Source: an uncultured Azospirillaceae bacterium
Lineage (GTDB): Bacteria; Pseudomonadota; Alphaproteobacteria; Rickettsiales; UBA3002
DNA: 64,000 nucleotides
Assembly: GCA_964352815.1 (NCBI GenBank)
Contig: CAYGTO010000005.1
Location: 7,904-71,903, forward strand
Reading direction: 5' to 3'
The notes under the pieces were generated by a model that was not told the DNA's origin, made no database searches, and saw only the letters and a program-made list of their open reading frames with translations. Shown one piece after another: positions 40,498 to 50,154 of the stretch (positions are counted from its first letter, which is position 1; the number at the start of each line of letters is the position of its first letter). A program made the position numbers and the translations under genes.

Positions 40498-42618
40498 CTA
40501 TACCCAATATTGATATAAAAGTAACATGGTAGTGATCAGCATCACCACATACCCCATACTCACCGAAAGCCGGTCACCGCTTCGCCGAGCCATCCGGTTT
40601 GCTGTCTCTTTACGCTTGAGGTGAGCGATTGTCATATCCGTTCGCTCATAGACATCTCCTGCACGCTTAAACAGTTTTTCGTCCCTATCAATGACTTCCG
40701 GGTCAAACACAACATTCAACACATTCTGAACTTTGCCGGTTTGTGCTGCAAGCAGAAGCTGTTTACGCATGCGCCGGCGCGTAGTACGGTTGTGGATGTT
40801 ATTCATATATTCTGAGATACGAATGGCGACCCAAGTGCTTAAACCAATAAGCGAGAGCTTCTTGAAGCTGTTCTGCGCCATTGCGATGATGTTGATGACG
40901 ACCAACTCTTCCGGCGCGATTTGACCGGTTGAGAAAGACAATTTCTTCACGCGCTGTTCTTTTACAATACCAAGCCGTGACGCCAAGAACGCTGCGAGTT
41001 CACGATCATCGAAAGATGTGTTCATGGCCTTTTCTTTTGAAATCATATCTAATGTGCGAAGTGCATCTTTGAGATCATCGATCGAATATTCAACGATAAT
41101 AGGGCTTTGGCATGGCAAGGAGCGGTTTAGCTCATAGATAATACGCTCCACACCAAACCCGTAATTATCGATTGTCAGATATTTGCGAATATTCGGAATA
41201 TTCCACAACATTGCTTGCGTGTGTGTATTCATACGTAGAGGGTTTAGATCAAGAATATATTGTGGGAGGTTGTTCCAAATCATGTCGATTAAAGCGTCGA
41301 CCTTTTTCATGTCGCCTTCACGAAAATATTCGAGCATTCCGGTGCCAATTCCATCGATATGCACGGCCATTTCTTTCGCGCGCATCGGACCAAAATTATC
41401 TAACGTCGCAAGGACGCGCGTGACCATATCATGCCGTGCACGGTCTGTGTCTTCTGCATTATTGATGATTTGTGCAATAGGCGCGGCTAGATGTTTAACA
41501 TCTGGCCCGCTTTCGATCCATCGATCCATCCGTGTGTTACTTAGCTCACGGATCGCACTGGTCCACTTCTCATGCATTGCGTTGGCAACGGCTTTAAGGT
41601 TGAAGTATTCCTGCTCATTATAGAGGAACGGACGGCTTGTATCACGCGGTGGATTTGGGTAAATAAGGTTAAACCGTTTTCCGTCAAGCCATGAGGCAAG
41701 CTGTTCTAATCCCCAACGATCTCTCGGGTCGTCTACTAGCGTGCCACGAAAAAAATCTTCTAGAGTGTTGGTCATCTCGCGGCTTCCCAGGTAAAGAGCA
41801 TATGAGCCTTTCACAAGAATCTGATCTGCTAGAAGTTTTTTGGGGATTTTCTCGATCTTCTCTGTACCAAAGAGCATCGCATACATCACCATACCAAGTG
41901 CATAGACATCAGTTTTCTCAGTAGGCTCGCCACGTGCACATGGATCAGCGAGCATGCGCTCAACCGGTTCGTAGCAATCAATTTGCGAATAGCCGCTGCG
42001 CTCGCCCATACATTCACCAAGCACGACATTACGTCCTAAGAAAATATTGCCTGGATTGATTCGCCCATGTGAAACGCCTTTCTCTTTCATCGCAGTAAGG
42101 TACTCGATGATTGGGGTGAGCACCTGATAGACGATTTGCCGCTCATGGAACCGCTGCCCTTTAGAGAGTAATTCTCTGAGGCGTGTTTTAGGGGGCTGCT
42201 CAAACACAAAAACGCGCCGGTAATCATTATCGATACTAATTTTTGTACGACCGTAATCAAGCGATCGAATTCCGTTTGGATGATTAAATCGCAAGAGTGC
42301 TTCAGTCGCTGTGGCACGGTGCGCATATTGATGGTCAAGCACAAGCGCATAGTACCGCACATCAGGATGCGCTTTTGATGTTGCTTCATAGGCGCGTGTG
42401 AATTTTGTTTCTAAGTGAGGGAGCGGTTTATCAACATTAATACGGTACTGATGATGGAGCACGTCTGTTGGTGAAGTGGAAGGAGCATAAGAACTACGAT
42501 ATTCCTCAAGAATTTGCTGAAGTTTGACGATCGTGCTTTCCTCGAGCTGGCGCGTTTCCGCATCAGCTTTCGGATACATCCCATCTAACCCCTGACTAGC
42601 CATGACTGGCCCTCCCAA
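40498..42618 (-). CDS. protein-kinase-like (probable pseudokinase) protein with a large C-terminal domain and a C-terminal TM anchor
   Basis: Eukaryotic-like kinase subdomains are recognisable: HGRINPGN in place of HRDxKPxN, GEC in place of DFG, YEPVE in place of APE, DVYALGMVMYAMLFG (subdomain IX) and DPRDRW (XI). C-terminal hydrophobic segment YVVMLITTMLLLYQYWV. Confidence 0.6.
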   Translation of the reverse strand: MGGPVMASQGLDGMYPKADAETRQLEESTIVKLQQILEEYRSSYAPSTSPTDVLHHQYRINVDKPLPHLETKFTRAYEATSKAHPDVRYYALVLDHQYAHRATATEALLRFNHPNGIRSLDYGRTKISIDNDYRRVFVFEQPPKTRLRELLSKGQRFHERQIVYQVLTPIIEYLTAMKEKGVSHGRINPGNIFLGRNVVLGECMGERSGYSQIDCYEPVERMLADPCARGEPTEKTDVYALGMVMYAMLFGTEKIEKIPKKLLADQILVKGSYALYLGSREMTNTLEDFFRGTLVDDPRDRWGLEQLASWLDGKRFNLIYPNPPRDTSRPFLYNEQEYFNLKAVANAMHEKWTSAIRELSNTRMDRWIESGPDVKHLAAPIAQIINNAEDTDRARHDMVTRVLATLDNFGPMRAKEMAVHIDGIGTGMLEYFREGDMKKVDALIDMIWNNLPQYILDLNPLRMNTHTQAMLWNIPNIRKYLTIDNYGFGVERIIYELNRSLPCQSPIIVEYSIDDLKDALRTLDMISKEKAMNTSFDDRELAAFLASRLGIVKEQRVKKLSFSTGQIAPEELVVINIIAMAQNSFKKLSLIGLSTWVAIRISEYMNNIHNRTTRRRMRKQLLLAAQTGKVQNVLNVVFDPEVIDRDEKLFKRAGDVYERTDMTIAHLKRKETANRMARRSGDRLSVSMGYVVMLITTMLLLYQYWV

Positions 42619-42840
42619 TGCCTCATCTGATTTAAAAAGCTAAGTTTCTCTTTATACTAGCCTTTTTTTTGTTTTTTCTCAAGTGGACAGCTTCAGCTAT
42701 AAAGCGAGAATAGCTCTCCATACTGTTATACGCAAAATGTCGTGGATAGGTGACGCAACCATGGATTCATGGGTTGCTAACCATCAGAAAATCGGTATGT
42801 TAGGGGCCTCTTAAATATATAAACATAACTGGAGATTTAT

Positions 42841-44154
42841 ATGAGCGCACAACCTGCATTAGCCACCAATGAAGATTTTAAGGTAGCCGATATTTCACAA
42901 GCCGAGTGGGGGCGTCGTGAAATCGCAATTGCTGAAACGGAAATGCCTGGGCTCATGGCGCTTCGCGAAGAGTTTGGTGCGTCTCAGCCTCTGAAGGGGG
43001 CGCGCATCGCAGGATGTCTGCATATGACGATTCAAACCGCAGTGCTGATTGAAACACTGACGGCGCTCGGCGCAGAAGTGCGTTGGAGTTCATGCAATAT
43101 CTATTCGACGCAAGACCAAGCGGCGGCGGCTATTGCAGCGACAGGTGTCCCGGTGTTTGCATGGAAAGGTGAGACCGAAGAAGAATATGAATGGTGTGTG
43201 CATCAGACGATTAAGGGGCCAGATGGCTGGGTGCCAAATATGATTCTCGATGATGGAGGGGATCTCACGAAGATCATGCATAACGATTACGCGGATCTTA
43301 TGAAAGATGTAAAGGGTGTTTCCGAAGAGACCACGACAGGTGTGTTGCGTCTTTATGAAATGGAAAAAGCCGGTAATTTGAAAGTTCCAGCGATTAATGT
43401 GAATGACTCGGTCACGAAGTCGAAATTTGATAACCTGTATGGGTGTCGCGAAAGTCTTCCGGATGGGCTGAAACGTGCGACAGACATCATGCTTGCGGGT
43501 AAGCTCTGCGTGGTAGCTGGTTACGGCGATGTTGGTAAAGGCTGCGCCGATGCGCTGAAGAGTCATGGTGCGCGTGTGGCTGTAACAGAAGTAGATCCAA
43601 TCTGTGCATTGCAAGCAGCGATGGAAGGGTATGAAGTTCTGACCATGGATGAGATGGCGCCAAGAGCGGATATCTTTGTGACGGCGACGGGAAATAAAGA
43701 CGTCATCACGGTTGATCACATGCGTGCGATGAAAGACCGCGCGATTGTCTGTAACATCGGTCACTTCGATAATGAGATTCAAGTCGAAGGCTTATCGAAT
43801 ATGAAGTGGCACGAAGTGAAGCCACAGGTCGATGAGGTGGAATTCCCGGATGGGAAACGCATCATCATACTTGCGAAAGGCCGCTTGGTGAATCTTGGCT
43901 GTGCAACAGGGCATCCAAGCTTTGTTATGAGTACATCATTCACAAACCAGGTGCTTGCACAAATAGAGCTGTGGCAAAATGCGAGTAATTATGAAAATAA
44001 GGTTTACGTATTACCGAAACATCTTGATGAGAAAGTAGCACGTTTGCACCTTGAGAAGATTGGTGTGAAATTGTCTCAGCTTACGAAAGAGCAGGCAGAT
44101 TATATTGGCGTCGATGTTGCGGGTCCGTATAAGGCTAACGAATACCGTTACTAA
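42841..44154 (+). CDS. ahcY: adenosylhomocysteinase
   Basis: 437 aa with the NAD-binding GYGDVGKG motif and HFDNEI. Confidence 0.97.
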   Translation: MSAQPALATNEDFKVADISQAEWGRREIAIAETEMPGLMALREEFGASQPLKGARIAGCLHMTIQTAVLIETLTALGAEVRWSSCNIYSTQDQAAAAIAATGVPVFAWKGETEEEYEWCVHQTIKGPDGWVPNMILDDGGDLTKIMHNDYADLMKDVKGVSEETTTGVLRLYEMEKAGNLKVPAINVNDSVTKSKFDNLYGCRESLPDGLKRATDIMLAGKLCVVAGYGDVGKGCADALKSHGARVAVTEVDPICALQAAMEGYEVLTMDEMAPRADIFVTATGNKDVITVDHMRAMKDRAIVCNIGHFDNEIQVEGLSNMKWHEVKPQVDEVEFPDGKRIIILAKGRLVNLGCATGHPSFVMSTSFTNQVLAQIELWQNASNYENKVYVLPKHLDEKVARLHLEKIGVKLSQLTKEQADYIGVDVAGPYKANEYRY

Positions 44155-44171
44155 TCGGCATGTAGGGTCTT

Positions 44172-46217
44172 ATGGAACCCATGGCATTTATCATAGGCGC
44201 TGTCGGGGGCATATGCGTGTTGCTTCTTTGGCAGCGCTTTGTGATCAAGCCAACACCAAAGAGCGTACCTGTTTCGAGTCTTGTGAACGTTCCTGAAAGT
44301 CAAATCGAGCGTGAAAATGCAATCGTCAAATCAGAAGCGCGGCGCTATGCGAATCTCATTAATTTATCCAATAACCCCGTATGGCTCCGCGACACCGAAA
44401 TGCGCTTGGTCTTTAGTAATCTCGCATTTGCTTCTGTAGCGGAAGAGGAAGACGACGTTGATGATGCGTTTGCGGCGCTTGAGCTATTTCGTAACGAAAA
44501 AACACGATCGCAAACCGTCTTAGAAACAGGCACGGAAGAAATCTTTAAGCAGCATATCGTTGTTGATGGTGATCGTGAGCTTTATGAAGTACGCATTACG
44601 CCGGTTCCTGGCGAGGAGATGGTGGCGGGCTATGCGATCAATATTAGCCAATTAGATGAATCAGAAGAGGAGCTGAAGCGTTATGTGTCGTCGCAGCGCG
44701 ACTTGCTAGAAAGTTCGACCAACGGTATGGCGATTTTCGGCAGCGACATGCAGCTTAAATTTTACAACTTTTCGTATGCGGCGTTGTGGAAACTCGAAGA
44801 GCGCTGGCTTGATGGCGGCCCGACCTATGCCGAGGTCTTGGAAGCATTGCGAGTGAACCGCCGTTTGCCGGAGCAGGCAAACTTCCAAATGTATAAAGAG
44901 ACCCGAGTAAAGCGCTTCAAAGAGCTGATCGAGGCAGAAGAAGAATTCTTTTATCTACCGGATGGAAAGACACTCCGCGTACTCGCGATTCCACATGCCT
45001 TAGGCGGCATTTTATTTGTGTATGAGGATGTCACAGATCGCTTAGCACTTGAACGATCGTATAATACACTTATTGCAGTGCAAAAAGAAACGCTTGATAA
45101 TCTTCATGAGGGTGTCGCTGTGTTTAACGAAAGTGGTCGTTTGTCATTGAACAATCCAGCGTTCCTGAATATGTGGAAGCTTGATGCGAGTGATGTGATC
45201 AGCGAGCCACATGTGGCGGACTTTTTAGAATCGACCAAGCCGCTTCATGCTTGGGTGGATTGGGAACGCTATAAGCAGGATTTCATTGGGCGTGTGCAGG
45301 CACGTGCGATTCAAGCCGGGCGGATGGAACGCACAGACGGTAAAGTGCTTGATTGGAGCAGTGTGCCGCTTCCAGATGGCGCAACCCTACTCACCTTCAT
45401 TGATGTAACCGATTCAAAATTAGTTGAGCGTTCACTTCGTGAAAAGAATGAAGCACTCGAAGCGGCAGATCGGCTAAAGACAGAATTCTTGGCGAATGTT
45501 TCGTATGAGCTACGTTCGCCCCTTACATCAATCATGGGCTTTGCCGATATTTTATTGCGTGGCTATGTCGGCCGACTTAAAGCGGAGCAAAAAGAATATA
45601 TTCAAGGCATCCACGATTCCTCTGAGCAGCTTAGCGAACTGATTGGGAATATTCTCGATTTGGCGTCTATAGAGGCGGGCTATCTCAATCTTGAAATCTC
45701 GGAAGTGAATATTCGTCAGTTGTTTGAAGAGACGATTAGCCTCTTTAATGTGCGTGCAGAACAGAAACGACAACACATCAAAATTGATATTAGCGAGGAA
45801 GTCTCGAGCTTCTTTGCGGATGAAAAAAGACTCAAGCAGATCCTATTCCAGCTACTTAGTAATGCGGTTAAGTTTACACAAGAAAGTGGGCGTATCACGC
45901 TTAAGGCGCATCTGACTAAAGAAAAGGGTGTGATCGTTTCGGTGGAAGATAATGGTACGGGGATTGAGTCTGATCGTCTGGAACATGTGTTTGAGACTTT
46001 CTTCCGGAGCGGCCCAACCTATGGCGATCAGGTGGGTTCAGGGCTAGGCCTCTCAATGGTGAAAAGGCTCGTGGAGCTTCATGGTGGGAATGTAGAGATT
46101 CGCTCAGCGCCGAAGAAAGGGACGAAAATTCAATGCTTATTCCCAAATCAGTTGCCAAAAGAGCCGGAAATCGCTAAGAACGCGGACGAAGAAACCGCGA
46201 GCGACGCTAATGTCTGA
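44172..46217 (+). CDS. PAS-domain sensor histidine kinase
   Basis: One N-terminal TM segment, repeated PAS-like regions, the H-box FLANVSYELRSPLTSIMGF, N-box LLSNAVKFT and G-boxes DNGTGI / GSGLGLS. Confidence 0.85.
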   Translation: MEPMAFIIGAVGGICVLLLWQRFVIKPTPKSVPVSSLVNVPESQIERENAIVKSEARRYANLINLSNNPVWLRDTEMRLVFSNLAFASVAEEEDDVDDAFAALELFRNEKTRSQTVLETGTEEIFKQHIVVDGDRELYEVRITPVPGEEMVAGYAINISQLDESEEELKRYVSSQRDLLESSTNGMAIFGSDMQLKFYNFSYAALWKLEERWLDGGPTYAEVLEALRVNRRLPEQANFQMYKETRVKRFKELIEAEEEFFYLPDGKTLRVLAIPHALGGILFVYEDVTDRLALERSYNTLIAVQKETLDNLHEGVAVFNESGRLSLNNPAFLNMWKLDASDVISEPHVADFLESTKPLHAWVDWERYKQDFIGRVQARAIQAGRMERTDGKVLDWSSVPLPDGATLLTFIDVTDSKLVERSLREKNEALEAADRLKTEFLANVSYELRSPLTSIMGFADILLRGYVGRLKAEQKEYIQGIHDSSEQLSELIGNILDLASIEAGYLNLEISEVNIRQLFEETISLFNVRAEQKRQHIKIDISEEVSSFFADEKRLKQILFQLLSNAVKFTQESGRITLKAHLTKEKGVIVSVEDNGTGIESDRLEHVFETFFRSGPTYGDQVGSGLGLSMVKRLVELHGGNVEIRSAPKKGTKIQCLFPNQLPKEPEIAKNADEETASDANV

Positions 46218-47076
46218 AGAGTCAAAACGATATATTCTTGCGCTGTCATGCAATGATGTGCGCGGTATTGTGGCCGCGGTTACGGCATTTGTGGCTCAAA
46301 AAGACGGGTTTATTCTAGAGTCGACACAGTTCGGCGACCCTTCGACGAAGCAGTTTTTCTTACGCATGGAGCTAGAAGCTGGGCCTAAAACCCCCGAATA
46401 TGAAGCGCTCAAAGCAGCGTTTGAGCAGGAAGTTGGTGCGAAATATGGCATGCATTTCGAATTACACCCCAAGGAAAGTAAGCCAAAACTCGTCATCATG
46501 GTGTCTAAAACAGGGCACTGCCTCTATGATTTACTGCACCGTTACCGTAGTGGGAAGCTGCCAGTCGAAATTCCCGCGGTAATTTCAAATCATGATGATT
46601 TGCGCGGTATTGTCGAATGGCATGGTATTCCGTTTCATTATTTCCCGATCACGAGTGACACGAAGGAAGCGCAAGAAGCAAAAGTATGGGACGTGTTTGA
46701 GCAGTCGGGCGCAGACCTTTTGGTATTAGCGCGCTATATGCAAATTTTGTCGGCCGATTTGTGTGAGAAGTTGGTCGGGCGTGCGATCAATATTCACCAT
46801 TCCTTTTTGCCTAGTTTTAAAGGGGCGAGACCCTATCACCAGGCCTTTGACCGAGGCGTGAAAATCATTGGGGCAACGGCGCATTATGTCACAGGTGATC
46901 TGGATGAAGGGCCGATTATCGAACAAGAAGTCGTCCGTGTGAGCCATAACAATTTACCAGACGACTTGGTAACGCTGGGGCATGACATTGAACGCACGGT
47001 TTTGGCGAAAGCGGTAAAGCTTCATACCGAACATCGTGTAATTCTCAATGACCATAAAACTGTTGTTTTTCAATAG
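46210..47076 (+). CDS. purU: formyltetrahydrofolate deformylase
   Basis: N-terminal ACT domain and a formyltransferase core with NIHHSFLPSFKGA. Confidence 0.95.
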   Translation: MSEESKRYILALSCNDVRGIVAAVTAFVAQKDGFILESTQFGDPSTKQFFLRMELEAGPKTPEYEALKAAFEQEVGAKYGMHFELHPKESKPKLVIMVSKTGHCLYDLLHRYRSGKLPVEIPAVISNHDDLRGIVEWHGIPFHYFPITSDTKEAQEAKVWDVFEQSGADLLVLARYMQILSADLCEKLVGRAINIHHSFLPSFKGARPYHQAFDRGVKIIGATAHYVTGDLDEGPIIEQEVVRVSHNNLPDDLVTLGHDIERTVLAKAVKLHTEHRVILNDHKTVVFQ

Positions 47077-47118
47077 ATTGCATATCTTTTCCTGAAGAAA
47101 TCTATATTTCTCAGTCGA

Positions 47119-47136
47119 TTGTCATCATTTTGTCAC
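47119..47136 (+). promoter_or_regulatory. Pho-box-like direct repeat (putative PhoB site)
   Basis: TTGTCAT-CATT-TTGTCAC: two 7-nt repeats with 11-nt periodicity. Compare the E. coli Pho box CTGTCATA(A/T)A(A/T)CTGTCA(C/T). TATTCT lies 10 nt downstream as a possible -10. Near-identical copy at 55816-55833. Confidence 0.4.
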
Positions 47137-47147
47137 ATGGATCCGGT

Positions 47148-47171
47148 ATTCTAATAGTGAGATATTAGAAT
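47148..47171 (+). promoter_or_regulatory. perfect 9-bp inverted repeat (possible operator)
   Basis: ATTCTAATA-gtgaga-TATTAGAAT, ending 12 nt before ATG 47184. Confidence 0.3.
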
Positions 47172-47183
47172 TTTTGGAACCTT

Positions 47184-48296
47184 ATGCCTGAGAATAGCAC
47201 ACTCAAACCGATGCAGACGACAAGCGACCTGTTCGCTCGCATGCGTGCGCAATGTGTGGATGCACTGTCCTCTTGTATTGGCGGAGTACATAAGCGCTGC
47301 CAACCTGATTTTGAAACAAAGATAAGTGAGACGTATTATGAAAGGCTTATGAGAAGCCGTGTAAAACTGTATCTAGGAGCAGACCGGTTTGATCGTATTA
47401 AAGCACTAGAAGTAGAGCTACATAGCCGACAACCTGGTCTCTTTTTAGACGCTAGTAAATGCGTTGAAGATTTTATTGGCGGCGGAGGGAAAGACGAAGC
47501 TGCGACTAAGCTTAAGAGCGAATTAGCACAAAAGCTTTACAGAGAACTTAGAATTAACGAAGTGTTTGAGGGGCTTGATCTTTATTTTCAGGGAAGCACT
47601 CCTCTAGTGGAAAGATTTTCAGCCCAAATGGTGGATCACTTTGGCGTAATTGTCGATATGCAAGTAGCGCAAATTCTCGAGGCTTGCCTAGAGAAAGCGC
47701 TGCTGGATATTTCTGGTGGAAAAAAAGCAGATAAAATAACGATGAGTCTTCCAGAATTTATTCGTAATATGCCTCTTTCTCCTAAGGTATTCGATGATTT
47801 TTGGTCAGAGAAGAACTGGGCAGTCGTGAGTGATATGGAATTTGCGCGTCATGGAAGCACAAGAGCTTATGTTGAGGATTTTCTTTACCCGATTCAGCAA
47901 AATGTAAAAGAGCATTCGAAGGCCGTGCATGCGGATTTTGCAAAGTTTATGGGAAAGCATGGGCTTAGTGAATCATTGATTGCGATACAAAATGAAGCAT
48001 CACGCTTACTTGATTTGTCGCACCATGTCATGCGAAACGTGACGGTTGATCTTATTGGAACTTTCACGAAATCGAACTGGTCAGGGCGTGCGGGGAAGGT
48101 TGGGTTGATGGCTGCTGGTGGTGTATTGATGTCGGATGGAACACGAGGAGCGCTTAACGCCTTTGAGGTAAAAGAAGACGCGGAAGAATACAAATATGTT
48201 CACCGTAACTGGATGGAAACCGGCTTGCGCGCGATTGAAGCAGCTGCGGGATTAGGCGTGGCGTATTTCGGCGCGACAACGCGCTTTGGCCGCTAA
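47184..48296 (+). CDS. hypothetical protein (370 aa orphan)
   Basis: An ORF with no recognisable motif. The C-terminal third has G/A-rich hydrophobic stretches (GKVGLMAAGGVLM, AIEAAAGLGVAYFGA). Confidence 0.5.
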   Translation: MPENSTLKPMQTTSDLFARMRAQCVDALSSCIGGVHKRCQPDFETKISETYYERLMRSRVKLYLGADRFDRIKALEVELHSRQPGLFLDASKCVEDFIGGGGKDEAATKLKSELAQKLYRELRINEVFEGLDLYFQGSTPLVERFSAQMVDHFGVIVDMQVAQILEACLEKALLDISGGKKADKITMSLPEFIRNMPLSPKVFDDFWSEKNWAVVSDMEFARHGSTRAYVEDFLYPIQQNVKEHSKAVHADFAKFMGKHGLSESLIAIQNEASRLLDLSHHVMRNVTVDLIGTFTKSNWSGRAGKVGLMAAGGVLMSDGTRGALNAFEVKEDAEEYKYVHRNWMETGLRAIEAAAGLGVAYFGATTRFGR

Positions 48297-48297
48297 C

Positions 48298-48579
48298 CTA
48301 AAGATAATAAATAATCATCCCTTGTAGAAACTGAACCCCTAGCAGAAGAACGAGCGGCGACAAGTCAATCCCGCCAATCACGGGCACGACCTTACGGATC
48401 GGCTTTAGCATAGGGTTTAGAAGTTGTTCTAAGAAGTTGTAGACCACTTTCACGAACTGATTGAAACGATTAATCACCTCGAAATTGATCAATAAGCTCA
48501 TCACCACCCAAATGATGATGGCGAGATTAAGTAGCTCGAGAATGCTAACAATGAGCTGAACAACAGGAGGGGGAAGCAT
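48298..48579 (-). CDS. yggT: YggT family membrane protein
   Basis: Start MLPPPVVQLIV (ATG 48579) avoids overlap with gltA. Two TM segments and a KPIRKVVP..GGIDLSPLVL motif typical of YggT. Confidence 0.7.
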   Translation of the reverse strand: MLPPPVVQLIVSILELLNLAIIIWVVMSLLINFEVINRFNQFVKVVYNFLEQLLNPMLKPIRKVVPVIGGIDLSPLVLLLGVQFLQGMIIYYL

Positions 48580-48583
48580 TGGC

Positions 48584-50029
48584 TTACTTCCGTTGACCCA
48601 ATGCCTGATATTTCCGTCCCTTCGATCCCACAAAGAGCTGACGCGGGCGGCCAATCTTTTGCTTTGGATCATTAAGCATTTCTTTCCACTGCGCGACCCA
48701 GCCGGCAGTACGCGCCACTGCGAACATCACCGTGAAGAGCGAAGTAGGAATACCCATCGCGCGGTAGATAATGCCTGAGTAGAAATCGACGTTCGGATAG
48801 AGTTTGCGCTCGACGAAATATGGGTCTTCAAGCGCGATTTTCTCTAGCTCCATCGCAATTTTCAACATGGGCTCATTCTCTTGGCCAAGCTCCTTCAATG
48901 TTGCGTGGCAGGCTTTGCGAATCACTGCAGCACGCGGGTCATAGTTTTTGTAGACGCGGTGGCCAAAGCCCATGAGGCGGAATGGATCGTTTTTATCTTT
49001 CGCACGCTTAATGAATTCAGGGATGTTTTTCACATCACCGATTTCTTCGAGCATGTTGATTACCGCTTCGTTTGCGCCACCATGCGCAGGGCCCCAGAGC
49101 GATGCGATGCCCGCGCCGACACAGGCGAACGGGTTCGCGCCGGATGAGCTAGCAAGGCGAACGGTCGATGTTGACGCGTTTTGCTCATGATCGGCATGGA
49201 GGATGAACAGCATGTCCATCGTGCGTGCAAGCACAGGGTTTACTTCATACGCTTCGCATGGTGTTGCGAACATCATGTAGAGGAAATTCTCAGCCAGTGT
49301 GAGGTCATTATCAGGGTAGATGAATGGCTGGCCCACTGCATATTTGTAACACATGGCAGCAAGCGTTGGCATCTTCGCGATCATACGGAAGGCAGACAGC
49401 TCTACCTGCTCAGGGTCGCGAATATCTAGGCTATCATGGTAGAACGCTGAGAGCGACGCGAACGAACCACAGAGAATTGCCATTGGGTGCGCACGGCGAG
49501 GGAAGCCACGGAATAGGAATTGAATTTGCTCATGAACCATCGTGTGGAGAGTCATTTCGCGATCAAAAAGTTTCTTTTGCTTCGCTGTTGGAAGCTCACC
49601 ATTCAATAGAAGATAACACACTTCCGGGTAATCACTCTTTTGCGCAAGCTCACCAATATCATATCCGCCGTAACGCAGGATTCCCTTGTCACCATCGATA
49701 AACGTAATGGATGACTCACATGAAGCAGTGGACATAAAGCCAGGGTCGTAAGTGAAGTAGCCTGTGTCCTTATACAGGTTACTCATGTCAATCGCCGCTG
49801 GCCCGTCATTGGCTGTTAGGATCGGGAATTCAAAATTCTTTTTCCCGATAATGACTTGTGCACTACCGCTCGCTTTAGCAGTGTTGCTGATTGCGGCTTT
49901 TTTGGCAGGAGTTGATTTGCGTGCCGAGATACGAGTGCTTGCGCTACGTGACGTTACTTTCGATGCGTTCTTCTTCTTAGTGGTGGGTTTTGCTTTCGTT
50001 GATTTCGTTTTTTTACTCGTACTTGCCAT
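48584..50029 (-). CDS. gltA: citrate synthase with an N-terminal basic low-complexity extension
   Basis: [14 protein letters not shown] signature. The conserved body begins near [13 protein letters not shown]. The preceding 57 residues contain 13 K + 3 R and no D/E. Confidence 0.95.
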   Translation of the reverse strand: MASTSKKTKSTKAKPTTKKKNASKVTSRSASTRISARKSTPAKKAAISNTAKASGSAQVIIGKKNFEFPILTANDGPAAIDMSNLYKDTGYFTYDPGFMSTASCESSITFIDGDKGILRYGGYDIGELAQKSDYPEVCYLLLNGELPTAKQKKLFDREMTLHTMVHEQIQFLFRGFPRRAHPMAILCGSFASLSAFYHDSLDIRDPEQVELSAFRMIAKMPTLAAMCYKYAVGQPFIYPDNDLTLAENFLYMMFATPCEAYEVNPVLARTMDMLFILHADHEQNASTSTVRLASSSGANPFACVGAGIASLWGPAHGGANEAVINMLEEIGDVKNIPEFIKRAKDKNDPFRLMGFGHRVYKNYDPRAAVIRKACHATLKELGQENEPMLKIAMELEKIALEDPYFVERKLYPNVDFYSGIIYRAMGIPTSLFTVMFAVARTAGWVAQWKEMLNDPKQKIGRPRQLFVGSKGRKYQALGQRK

Positions 50030-50154
50030 TTAGGCCTCCCTTACGTAATGTGCATACAACAACAATAAATATGGCGAAATAATACGCGATCGAGCAGACA
50101 AGGTAAAGAATATTGTGCATAGCAGCGTAAGCGCTGCGACAAATAGGAGAACAC

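Noticed and set aside
42619-42840. A possible SAH riboswitch or other leader upstream of ahcY. A hairpin gcaaccatgg-attc-atgggttgc occurs near 42757-42779.
   Set aside because: Only a single imperfect hairpin is visible. I could not recognise the conserved SAH-riboswitch cores. It needs cmsearch (RF01057) before any claim.
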